Shown piece after piece: positions 28,993 through 37,718 of a stretch of 64,000 nt of DNA. Source of the DNA: Candidatus Melainabacteria bacterium 17Bon1m. GTDB lineage: Bacteria; Cyanobacteriota; Vampirovibrionia; Obscuribacterales; Obscuribacteraceae. The translations under genes were made by a program, and so were the position numbers. The DNA is taken from positions 481,008 to 545,007 of the forward strand of contig JAVLKG010000003.1 in NCBI GenBank assembly GCA_032128875.1. The letters run 5' to 3'. Below the pieces are notes generated by a model. That model had not been told where the DNA came from. It was given only the letters and a program-made list of their open reading frames with translations, and made no database searches. Numbering within the stretch: the stretch's first letter is position 1; each line of letters begins with the position of its first letter.

Positions 28993-29124
28993 CCTTCTGC
29001 TCCTTTATAAGGAATAAGTGTCGCGGATGTTGTGGCTGCTGCACCTATTCAAATGGGTGCGATTTTGTTGGCTGCATCCATTTTTATTGGATGGAACAGT
29101 CAACGGCGCCGACCTGTTTATATA

Positions 29125-29153
29125 TTGATATATTGATCGAAGAGAATCAATAC
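29125..29153. promoter_or_regulatory. Putative operator 1 (TTGATA-TATTGA-N10-TCAATAC)
   Basis: Dyad TATTGA (29131-36) / TCAATA (29147-52), repeated at 29269-29297. Confidence 0.7.
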
Positions 29154-29249
29154 ATCATTTTATTAATTTCTCCTTTTTGCCCTTTGCTGGAAGGTGGGCA
29201 AAAACCAAAAAAGCCTCTGAGCTGCCTTATTTCCCCCCCCAATTTCGGT

Positions 29250-29297
29250 GATTACTTGATAGGATTACTTGATATATTGACCAGCACAGATCAATAC
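29250..29297. promoter_or_regulatory. Putative operator 2 (TTGATA-TATTGA-N10-TCAATAC) with a GATTACTTGATA direct repeat
   Basis: Dyad TATTGA (29275-80) / TCAATA (29291-96); GATTACTTGATA at 29250 and 29263. Confidence 0.7.
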
Positions 29298-29329
29298 GTA
29301 ACTACGTCCTGTTGATAAGGGGGTATTCC

Positions 29330-30421
29330 ATGGTCGAGTCGACTGTGATCAAAAGCGGCCTGGACGGCGTCGTTGTAGCCGAGACAGGCATTTCTGAAGT
29401 CGAGGGACAACGTGGTCGGCTGATTATCAAGGGTTTTGACGCGGAGGACCTGGGGTTTTCGCATACATTTGAAGAGACCTGCGCCCTCCTTTGGTCATCG
29501 AAGGAAGATGGAGCCGAGCTGACCAAGCTTTTCGGGCAGGCCCGCGTTGACGCATACGAGATGAGCAAGGATATTCTGCCCGCCCTCTTGCGCGAGCATC
29601 CGATGGATTCTCTGCGTACAGCGACCAGTCTTTTAACCAGCGGCACCCAGGTCGACAGCAAGGAATATGCTCGCATCACCGCAGCTATTGGCGTTTTTGC
29701 AGCCAACTTCTCGCGCATGAGCCGTAAGTTGAAGCCGATCGCTCCAGATCCGAAGCTGACGCATGCAGCCGATTTTCTAAGAATGATCACGGACGAAACT
29801 CCGTCTAAAGCCGAAATCGCGGGCATGGACACATATTTGACCACCGTTTCGGACCACGGCATGAACGCATCGACATTCACTGCCCGTGTTGTCGCCTCCA
29901 CCGAATCGGACAACGTAAGCTGCATCGTTGCTGCCATCGGCGCTCTCAAAGGCCCCCTCCACGGCGGGGCTCCCGGTCCGGTTTTGGATATGCTCAATGA
30001 AATCGGCAGCCCGGAAAATGCCGAGAAGTGGATAGCGACTCAGCTTGATAATTGCAAGCGCATCATGGGCATGGGTCATCGCATCTATACGGTGCGCGAC
30101 CCTCGTGCTGCTATCTTCGAACAAGCAATCAGAAAGCTCGAGGAAGCTGGACTCAAGGCATCTCGCCTTACTCTGGCAAGAGCTGTCGAAAGCACTGCCG
30201 AGCGCCTTTTGGCTGAGCGCCATCCGGAAAAGCCACTCAAAGCAAACGTCGAATTCTATACCGCGGTATTGCTGGATTCACTTAAGCTGCCGAGCAATAT
30301 TTTCTCGTCCACATTTGCAGTCGGTCGCGCCGCCGGGTGGTTTGCTCACATTGCCGAGCAACGCGCACTGGGGCGTTTGATTCGTCCCGCATCCAAGTAC
30401 ACTGGTGCATACCCCAGATAG
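29330..30421 (+). CDS. Citrate synthase family protein (short type, Glu at the catalytic Asp position)
   Basis: GLDGVV, DHGMNASTFTAR, GPLHGGA, GMGHRIY..RDPRA, NVEFY and LIRP motifs. Confidence 0.92.
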   Translation: MVESTVIKSGLDGVVVAETGISEVEGQRGRLIIKGFDAEDLGFSHTFEETCALLWSSKEDGAELTKLFGQARVDAYEMSKDILPALLREHPMDSLRTATSLLTSGTQVDSKEYARITAAIGVFAANFSRMSRKLKPIAPDPKLTHAADFLRMITDETPSKAEIAGMDTYLTTVSDHGMNASTFTARVVASTESDNVSCIVAAIGALKGPLHGGAPGPVLDMLNEIGSPENAEKWIATQLDNCKRIMGMGHRIYTVRDPRAAIFEQAIRKLEEAGLKASRLTLARAVESTAERLLAERHPEKPLKANVEFYTAVLLDSLKLPSNIFSSTFAVGRAAGWFAHIAEQRALGRLIRPASKYTGAYPR

Positions 30422-30433
30422 AAATTCGGCAGC

Positions 30434-31690
30434 ATGCAAGAAAACAATCCAAAAGATCTGCACGATCCCGAAGATAAGCTTCTGACAGGCAGCCAAGCTG
30501 CAGAGTTCTTAGGCGTCAAATCGGCTACCCTGTACGCCTATGCCAGCCGCGGCATGATTGAGAGTCAACCGGCGAAAAATGCGCGGGAAAGAACCTATCG
30601 CTTGAGCGATTTGATTCGTTTGCGCCAGTCGTCACGCGGATTTAAGTCGCCGAAGGATCAGGAGCCGGCGGTTTGGACCGGACCTGTAATCAAGTCGGCG
30701 ATTACTGAAATTCGCGAAGATGGGCACTACTATCGTGGTCAGAGTGCACTTGAATTGGCTCGTTCCGACAAGCCTTTTGAGAGTGTGGTCGATTTGTTAT
30801 GGGAAACGGGCGCGACTAACACCAGTCAGTGGAAGCGGATGAAACCGCTTCAGCTGCCGAAGGAATTGCGTCCGCTTGCTTCAAAAGACGCGGACTTTCT
30901 GGATCTGTTGAAGTTGATGTTGGTAAGCGCGGAAATGAGCGATCCTGTTTCGCGCAAACTTTTAGCTACGGATATTTTTGAGACAGCGCGCCGCTTGATT
31001 GTCACTATGTCTATGAACCTTGGATTGCCGACAAAGCGCGATAAGTACTTGCCGGATGGTCCGTTTCCTATCGCGCAAACGTTGCTGCACGCATTGACAG
31101 GCAATAAATCGCGAGAAAAAGCGCAAGCTATTAATTCGGCGCTCGTGCTTTGTGCCGATCATGAATTGAACGCCTCGGCGCTTGCTGCGCGTATCGCAGC
31201 TTCCTGCGATGCATCTTTGTATTCTTGTGTTGAGTCCGCGCTCGGTGCATTCAGCGGAAGTTTGCATGGTTCTGCCAGTAGGAGAGCTGAAGATATTGTC
31301 ACCACTTCGCTCAAATTCAAAGCAGTTGCGGCCTGGCTAAAAGACTACTTGCGCCAGTTTGAAACGATCCCAGGGTTTGGCACGGATCTTTATGCCGAAG
31401 GTGATCCGCGTGCAAAACATTTGATCGCTTGCGCTCAAGAAGTTTCCAGCAAAAACACGCATTTGAAACGTCTTCTCGAGATCGTTGAATGCGTGCGTGA
31501 TCAACTGGGTTTGGAACCAAACCTTGATGTTGGTCTGGCGGCAATTTCTTACGCACTCGCATTGCCTGCCGGGGCCGGCTCTACAATATTTGCCGTAAGC
31601 CGCTCATCAGGCTGGATTGCGCATGCGATCGAGCAGCGAATGTACGGCGGCGTGATCAGACCGCGCGCTCGGTACATCGGCAAGAGCTAG
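30434..31690 (+). CDS. HTH (excisionase/MerR-like)-citrate synthase fusion, probable regulator
   Basis: LTGSQAAEFLGVKSATLYAYASRGMI HTH; CS-fold motifs DHELNAS, LHGSA, GFGTDLY..GDPRA, NLD and IRPRARY. Confidence 0.85.
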   Translation: MQENNPKDLHDPEDKLLTGSQAAEFLGVKSATLYAYASRGMIESQPAKNARERTYRLSDLIRLRQSSRGFKSPKDQEPAVWTGPVIKSAITEIREDGHYYRGQSALELARSDKPFESVVDLLWETGATNTSQWKRMKPLQLPKELRPLASKDADFLDLLKLMLVSAEMSDPVSRKLLATDIFETARRLIVTMSMNLGLPTKRDKYLPDGPFPIAQTLLHALTGNKSREKAQAINSALVLCADHELNASALAARIAASCDASLYSCVESALGAFSGSLHGSASRRAEDIVTTSLKFKAVAAWLKDYLRQFETIPGFGTDLYAEGDPRAKHLIACAQEVSSKNTHLKRLLEIVECVRDQLGLEPNLDVGLAAISYALALPAGAGSTIFAVSRSSGWIAHAIEQRMYGGVIRPRARYIGKS

Positions 31691-31712
31691 TTGCTGCCCA
31701 AATAGAAGTCCT

Positions 31713-32369
31713 TCATTCTGCGGTGTTGGAAAAGTCTTTGAAAAAAATCAGAGGCTGCTGAGTCTTTTCATCGATAATTGGTTTGCCTGTGAATCCCATG
31801 CACCACGCGGCTAGATAATCCCTGTTGTGTTTCACGACTATCGCTCCGGGAGTCTCTTTCTGTGGGTTCAGTTTTACATTGTTCAAGCTCAAGACAAACG
31901 ATGAGGAGAGATAAGGATCTTCCTCAATGAGGATTTTGCAAAGCTCAGTTGGCGGAGTACCAGCATTAATCAATTCTTGCCGGAGCTCTTTTGATACCAG
32001 GCTCGAATCGTTGTAGGGATTTTCTGGGGGAAACGCTGGTGCTTTGGCGCTCCCTGCTCGCTCATCGCTAAAACGCTTTAGCTCTGCAACTGAACGCGGA
32101 AAGCGGTTCATTTTTGTTCGAAAAACGCCGACTAATTGAAAAACATCATTTGTTATTACGGCGGTCTTTTGATCGCACTTGAGAGCTGTTACCTGCAAGT
32201 CGAGAATTAGTTGTCTAAGTTGCTGTTTGGAAGGCTTGAATTGCCTTGTCATTGGCTGATTGTTTGCTGCCGGCTGAGGCGCGGCAAAAGAGGACGAACC
32301 GCAAAGTGAAAGAATTGCCGCTGCAATCAATATGGTTTTCTCGCACGGGGAATCTTCTCTTGCAGGCAT
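31713..32369 (-). CDS. Exported hypothetical protein, weakly pilin/GspG-like
   Basis: Signal peptide; RFP..L, PENPY and MG..GKPI pattern. Confidence 0.6.
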   Translation of the reverse strand: MPAREDSPCEKTILIAAAILSLCGSSSFAAPQPAANNQPMTRQFKPSKQQLRQLILDLQVTALKCDQKTAVITNDVFQLVGVFRTKMNRFPRSVAELKRFSDERAGSAKAPAFPPENPYNDSSLVSKELRQELINAGTPPTELCKILIEEDPYLSSSFVLSLNNVKLNPQKETPGAIVVKHNRDYLAAWCMGFTGKPIIDEKTQQPLIFFKDFSNTAE

Positions 32370-32468
32370 ATTTATTCTTGGGAGGTTGATTTGTCCAGCA
32401 AAACGCCGTGCCACTAAATATAGTGCACACGGCGAATTGAAATCTACAAATTTTTTCTAGAAGTATTT

Positions 32469-32774
32469 CTAGTGGCTGCGCGCGTCAGCTGAAAGCGCTT
32501 CGTCATTCAGCTCGTCGAGCCACGATTGAGGCACTTCAACGGAGCCCTTGCCTTCTAAAATCGCTGACTCTTTGAGGTCCCACAGATGGTCGAAAACACC
32601 ATCTTGTGCGACTTTCTGCCCGCGACGCGAAGCGTAGAGAACATTCAATCGTTCTTTCAATCTGTCTGTGCCAACTCTTACTAGTTGCGCAGAATTTTTA
32701 TGGGAATTATTGCCCATAGCTCTCTTCCTCATATGCTCAAAAAGGTCCTGTGCATTCTTTATTCCCGACCTCAA
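32469..32774 (-). CDS. Hypothetical protein
   Basis: 101-aa ORF with plausible composition, co-oriented with the downstream gene. Confidence 0.5.
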   Translation of the reverse strand: MRSGIKNAQDLFEHMRKRAMGNNSHKNSAQLVRVGTDRLKERLNVLYASRRGQKVAQDGVFDHLWDLKESAILEGKGSVEVPQSWLDELNDEALSADARSH

Positions 32775-32918
32775 AAAAATTACACGCCATCAAAAATGTC
32801 AAGAGGTCGGCTTTTTCACGATTTTATCTGTGCAGAAAAATGTCTGCACAATTCAACATTCAACGAATTTACGGACTGTCCTAAGGTGGAAAGGTTCCGT
32901 TCTTTGAGGTCTTTGTGC

Positions 32919-33608
32919 ATGGGGAATTTAGCTGGCACTTTGTTCGAGAAGCCATTGTTTCAACACGACCTTGAACACCAAGATTCACTGACCCTGAATG
33001 AACATTTGGCCGATGAGATTGCGCATCTTTGTTTTGAACCGGTCTTCGCGCATAAGCAGGAGAACACTTCTACTCAATGCAGGACTGCTCCATACAAGAC
33101 CGCTCCGCCTTATCTTAAGGACAATCCGCTTTTGCCGGGCATGGACAATATCGATATATTTGAAGCCGAGAAGACGCGCACGGCATCTATGTTCGAGTGC
33201 GCAAAGTGGGCGGCTGGTGTTTATTCTTCCTACAAATGGGCGCCGCAATTTTTGCCCGAGGAAGTTTCTGCAAATGCGCTGCTCGAGTTGAAGAAGAAGG
33301 CTGGAGAGGAATTTATTGTTTTCGGCGGTAAGTCACGTTCGGAGATCCTCAAGGAGCTAAAACTCAGATATATAGCCACTTGTGTGGGCAGTATGGTGGT
33401 TGGTTGGACAGCCAGTCACGCCATGGATCGCATAATATTCCCCCGCGATCAGTATCTTGAAGGGACTTTAGTAGGTGATGTTGTGGGGATTGGCCTGGCG
33501 ATTGGTATTCCTAATTGGCGCTCCAAAGCGATGTGCGTGGCCGGAACCCACCTGCTCGGAAAAACTGTTGACCATTGGCGACAACCCGTTTTTCCGACCC
33601 GTAGATAA
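32919..33608 (+). CDS. Hypothetical protein with C-terminal hydrophobic helices
   Basis: Long open frame; start uncertain. Confidence 0.5.
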   Translation: MGNLAGTLFEKPLFQHDLEHQDSLTLNEHLADEIAHLCFEPVFAHKQENTSTQCRTAPYKTAPPYLKDNPLLPGMDNIDIFEAEKTRTASMFECAKWAAGVYSSYKWAPQFLPEEVSANALLELKKKAGEEFIVFGGKSRSEILKELKLRYIATCVGSMVVGWTASHAMDRIIFPRDQYLEGTLVGDVVGIGLAIGIPNWRSKAMCVAGTHLLGKTVDHWRQPVFPTRR

Positions 33609-33731
33609 TTCGCTGCCGCTGGAAATTAAAGTCTTAAAGAAAAACGAACAGACCCGCTTTTCGCAAAGTCTGTTCATAATTCGTTCGTCAAACCGCCAAA
33701 TGGGCGATTTGGTCGTCAAGTGTTCGCTGTT

Positions 33732-33905
33732 TTATGAGCGGCGCTTGCGTGCGGCTTCGGCTTTGCGCTTTCTCTTTACGCTCGGTTTTTCGTAGCGTTC
33801 GCGGCGCTTGATTTCAGAAAGAATGCCTGCTTTCTGAATTTTCTTCTTGAAGCGTTTAAGCGCCTGTTCGATGCTTTCGCCTTCTGCAACTCTGACCTCG
33901 GACAA
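33732..33905 (-). CDS. rpsU: 30S ribosomal protein S21
   Basis: Manual translation from [69 protein letters not shown]. Confidence 0.97.
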   Translation of the reverse strand: MSEVRVAEGESIEQALKRFKKKIQKAGILSEIKRRERYEKPSVKRKRKAEAARKRRS

Positions 33906-34026
33906 GGGATATCCCCTCCTTCATAAAACGATTTTGGACAACAAAAATTTTGCAGTTGGGGGATCTTATCACTAAGAGGCTGATCCAACCAAGGTCGATC
34001 TTATAGGGAATCGTTATGCTTCGGAT

Positions 34027-36114
34027 TTATCCGTGGTGTTCTGCTGCGTGCGCTGCTGTTGCTTGAGAGATAAGCTCTTGCGAGAGCTGCGGTGGCACCT
34101 GAGACAGGTGGGAGAACTTCCAGGTGTAATAACCCAGCCCCTGCGTCAGAGTCCGCAGCTCAATTATGTAGTCCCACAGCTCGCCACGCGGAATGTTCGC
34201 AGTCACTTCATCCCAACCCTGACGCTCAGGATTCGGTCCATAACCGAGAATTTGACCGCGCAAACCGGTTACTTGTGAAAGCACGCCCGACGTGTATTGG
34301 CTCGGGATGTGGATCTTCACTTCTGCAATCGGCTCGAGTATGAAGGGATGTGCTTTAGCCAAGCCGTCGCGCATCGCTAAAATGCCCGCCATGCGGAAGG
34401 ACATTTCATCTGAATCAACATCATGGAAGGAGCCATCGAACAGGTTGACGGAAACATCGACCAATGGGAAGTTGGCTAAAGTTCCGCGGGCGAGCGCTTC
34501 TTGAACGCCTTTTTCGCATCCCGGAACATATTGCCTGGGTACCGAACCCCCAACAATTGATTCGGAAAATTTGTTACCGGCACCTCTTTCCAGAGGCTCG
34601 ATGCGCAGATACACCTCGCCGAATTGTCCGCGACCACCGGTTTGTTTCTTGTGGCGGCCATGTCCTTCAACTTTCGCTTGTATCGACTCTTTGTAAGAGA
34701 TTTTCGGTTTGTGAGTATCGAGCTCGATGTGATATTTGCGCTCCAATCTTTGCCTGGAAAGGGTTAAGTGCACCTCGCCTTGCCCGTAGAGGCAGTATTC
34801 ATGCGTATCCGGATCGCGGTCTACTTTAAGAATCGGATCTTCTTCGGTCAGCTTTCCGAGCAATGTGGAAAGCTTTGCTTCATCGTTGCGGTTCTTCGGT
34901 GCAATCGCAAGCGAGTAGAGCGGTGGAGCTTCGGGGGGGGCCGGCATCTGAGTCGTTTCCTTCTCAGAGACAAGCGTGTCGCCAGTGCGTGGTGTTTCTA
35001 ATCTCGCTAATGCAACGATTGAGCCTGGTCCTGCTGTTGGCATCGTTTCTTGCTTCTTGCCTTGCAGCCAGTACAAGCCGCCGACGCGTTCTTTGGGATG
35101 ATTTTTATTGATATCGACTAATTGCGAATCGCCGGTGATTGTGCCGGAGAAAACGCGCGTTAGTGAGAGCTTTCCGGATTGCGGGTGAATGTATGTGCGA
35201 ATCACTTGCGCAATGACGGGACCATCTTCTTTGACGTTTATGACTTTGCCGTCTTTGTCCTTGTACTCACGCTCGGCTGGCGATGGGCAGAGAGAAATGA
35301 TGGCGTCGAGCAAGGAGAAAACACCGGCATCCGTATGGGCAGAGCCGACCAGAATTGGCACAAAGGTACCGGCTTTCACACCGGCTTTGAGATCCTTCTC
35401 CAGCATATCGATGGGCGGCTCGTTGCCTTCCAGCACCATCTCCAATAGCGTGTCATCAGTGTCTGCAAGCGATTCAATAAGTTTTTCTCTTGCCGCTTCC
35501 AGTTCGTCTTTCAAGTCTGCAGGGACATCGGTGTGTTCTGGTTTGCCTTGAGCGCCGTATTTGAACGCTTCTTTCTTGAGCACGTCCACATAGCCGGTCA
35601 AAGAACCAGAGATGATGGGATACTGCAGTGGTGCAAGAGGACGCGGCGTTTTGGTGCCAGGCATATTTTTCAATAGAGACAAAGTGTCTGCAAAGTTGAG
35701 ATCCGGCTTGTCTAGCTTGTTTATGAAGACCAAGCGAGCAACACCGATTTCTTCAGAGAACCGCAGCAAACTGTCCATTTGAATTAGGCGACCCGGATCA
35801 GGCTCGACTACAAAAACAGCTATATCGCAGCCCATCATCGCGACTTTCGCTTCTTCCTGAAAGTCGATAAATCCAGGGCAGTCGAGGATATTGAACAGGG
35901 TGTCCTGGTACGTCGTGCGGGCCATCGAAACCTGGGTGGAAATTTGTCGGCTAATCGATTCCGGCTCATAGTCCGTGGTCATTGTGCCTTCGTTTATCTT
36001 TCCGCGCCTGGAGATCGCGCCTGTGAGGTGGAGAATGGCTTCCGTAAGGCTAGTCTTGCCGCTGCGGTTAAGTCCAACCACGGCGACATTGCGTATTTTG
36101 GAGACACTTGTCAC
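34027..36114 (-). CDS. Elongation factor G paralog (EF-G2-like)
   Basis: G1 GLNRSGKTS, G3 DCPGF, G4 NKLD; GEVHL; KKQTGGRGQFG; DGSFHDVDSDEMSF; GTG start after AAGGAG. Confidence 0.9.
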   Translation of the reverse strand: MTSVSKIRNVAVVGLNRSGKTSLTEAILHLTGAISRRGKINEGTMTTDYEPESISRQISTQVSMARTTYQDTLFNILDCPGFIDFQEEAKVAMMGCDIAVFVVEPDPGRLIQMDSLLRFSEEIGVARLVFINKLDKPDLNFADTLSLLKNMPGTKTPRPLAPLQYPIISGSLTGYVDVLKKEAFKYGAQGKPEHTDVPADLKDELEAAREKLIESLADTDDTLLEMVLEGNEPPIDMLEKDLKAGVKAGTFVPILVGSAHTDAGVFSLLDAIISLCPSPAEREYKDKDGKVINVKEDGPVIAQVIRTYIHPQSGKLSLTRVFSGTITGDSQLVDINKNHPKERVGGLYWLQGKKQETMPTAGPGSIVALARLETPRTGDTLVSEKETTQMPAPPEAPPLYSLAIAPKNRNDEAKLSTLLGKLTEEDPILKVDRDPDTHEYCLYGQGEVHLTLSRQRLERKYHIELDTHKPKISYKESIQAKVEGHGRHKKQTGGRGQFGEVYLRIEPLERGAGNKFSESIVGGSVPRQYVPGCEKGVQEALARGTLANFPLVDVSVNLFDGSFHDVDSDEMSFRMAGILAMRDGLAKAHPFILEPIAEVKIHIPSQYTSGVLSQVTGLRGQILGYGPNPERQGWDEVTANIPRGELWDYIIELRTLTQGLGYYTWKFSHLSQVPPQLSQELISQATAAHAAEHHG

Positions 36115-36459
36115 TGCTCTTCTCCTTGTTGGCAAGAGTGCTTGACTATATATATGGTTCCTTGATTAAAGACTAACGATAAGGCCCAACTTTCTTCAAG
36201 GGTAACGGTAGGAATTAATCTGCTGTCGCCCGGAAAGCCTTTTGATGTGCGGATCTGGCGTGGTTTGAGTCTGGAAAACGTTGTTTGGCGCGGCTTCTCA
36301 TTTGACTGCCTAACTAATGTCACAAACCGTTGTTAATCTGTGGGCACGAAAGCAATCCACTGCTTTTCTCTTCCCCTCCATCTCCTCCCCCGCAAGCGAA
36401 TGCCATAAACGCCATACGGCGAGCGCAGGTGCATCGCGTTTTTTCAAAGGATTCTAACT

Positions 36460-36903
36460 ATGCCCGAAATGAATGTTTGGCAAAAACTCGACAAAGCAGA
36501 ACAGTCACTCAAGACCGGCGACTACAGCGGTTTGAAAGAAGCGGCAGTCATCTCCGGCGAAGGGCAACACACATTCATGGCTACTCTTGCGGACCGCATG
36601 AAAGGCTCACAATTGAGTCTGCCCGATCTCCAAATCGTCGATCTCGACAAAGACGGCAGCCCCGAAAAAATCTCTGCAAAAGGTCTGACCATCCAGAAAG
36701 ACGGTCAAAAGCTCTCTGTTGAAACTACATCAGTGACCGCTCGCATCGGCGAGAAACTGAGCAACGGTTGGCAGTCATTGAAAAATTCCGTCAGCGAAAC
36801 GGTTGATTCGACCAAAGTTGGAGATGCACTCAAGCGCGCCAACACTAATGACAGCGAAATGAACCGTCGCTGGGAGCGCCAAATGAAAGAAGCCGGCATC
36901 TAG
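36460..36903 (+). CDS. Hypothetical protein
   Basis: 147-aa ORF with an AAGGA RBS and a hairpin over the stop codon. Confidence 0.65.
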   Translation: MPEMNVWQKLDKAEQSLKTGDYSGLKEAAVISGEGQHTFMATLADRMKGSQLSLPDLQIVDLDKDGSPEKISAKGLTIQKDGQKLSVETTSVTARIGEKLSNGWQSLKNSVSETVDSTKVGDALKRANTNDSEMNRRWERQMKEAGI

Positions 36904-36949
36904 AACAATGCCGGCCCGCTTCTAATCTTTCTGTAGATTGATTTATTTT

Positions 36950-37456
36950 CTATCGCATCGTGTCAGCGTAAGAGCCGCTAGATTGCGCATACGGAGTCAA
37001 ATCATCCCCTGACTTTAGTCCGAGAGTATTTCCGAAGAACAGCTTGGCGAGCTTCTTGCTGTTTGATACGACAGCCGGAAACTGAACGTTGTAATTCCTC
37101 TTGGTAAAGACAATGAGCGGGGTTTTGTCCGGCAGGAAATAAGTGAACCCGGCATTTACGGTCTTAGTACCAGGCAGATTTGCAAGATCGGCTCCGCAAG
37201 ACAGAGCAATCACCGCTGAGGCAAAGAAAATCGGACCAAAGAGTGCATGCACCCACATCGCTTCTTTGACTTTGACAAGCGAATTTTCCTTAGGCGGGAA
37301 AACACAAATCCAGGGTGAGATCAGTGTGAATGGCAAAAAGCCTTGCCAGTACCACATTTTCCCCTTGATGAATGCCATGTAGCCCTTATGGATGTAAACG
37401 CACCCCATAATCATCAGAATGATGCCGATGAGCATGTTTATTTGATCTTGACTCAT
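36950..37456 (-). CDS. Hypothetical membrane protein
   Basis: Two to three hydrophobic helices. Confidence 0.65.
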   Translation of the reverse strand: MSQDQINMLIGIILMIMGCVYIHKGYMAFIKGKMWYWQGFLPFTLISPWICVFPPKENSLVKVKEAMWVHALFGPIFFASAVIALSCGADLANLPGTKTVNAGFTYFLPDKTPLIVFTKRNYNVQFPAVVSNSKKLAKLFFGNTLGLKSGDDLTPYAQSSGSYADTMR

Positions 37457-37718
37457 TTAATAAGCCCCGTACCGGACTGGTAAGCCTTTGCCTGCAATTT
37501 GCCAGCATCTCTAGTTTACTACGTCTTAGATGCCAGGGCGGCGGGCGTATCAAAGGGGCTAAAACCTGAATTAGACGGAATTACCGGTTCTGCAGGCGAC
37601 TAGCGAAACCGACCGAAGCGAGCCCTTCTCTTAAGCGGCTGTTACAGCGCAGCGTCCCGCCTGTAGCAGCTTTTAGCGCTTCGGATACAATAGCCTTCCC
37701 ATATCGGAGACTTTTGAG

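Noticed and set aside
37457-37718. T-box riboswitch upstream of aspS
   Set aside because: No GGTGGNACCGCG T-box motif and no terminator before the start codon
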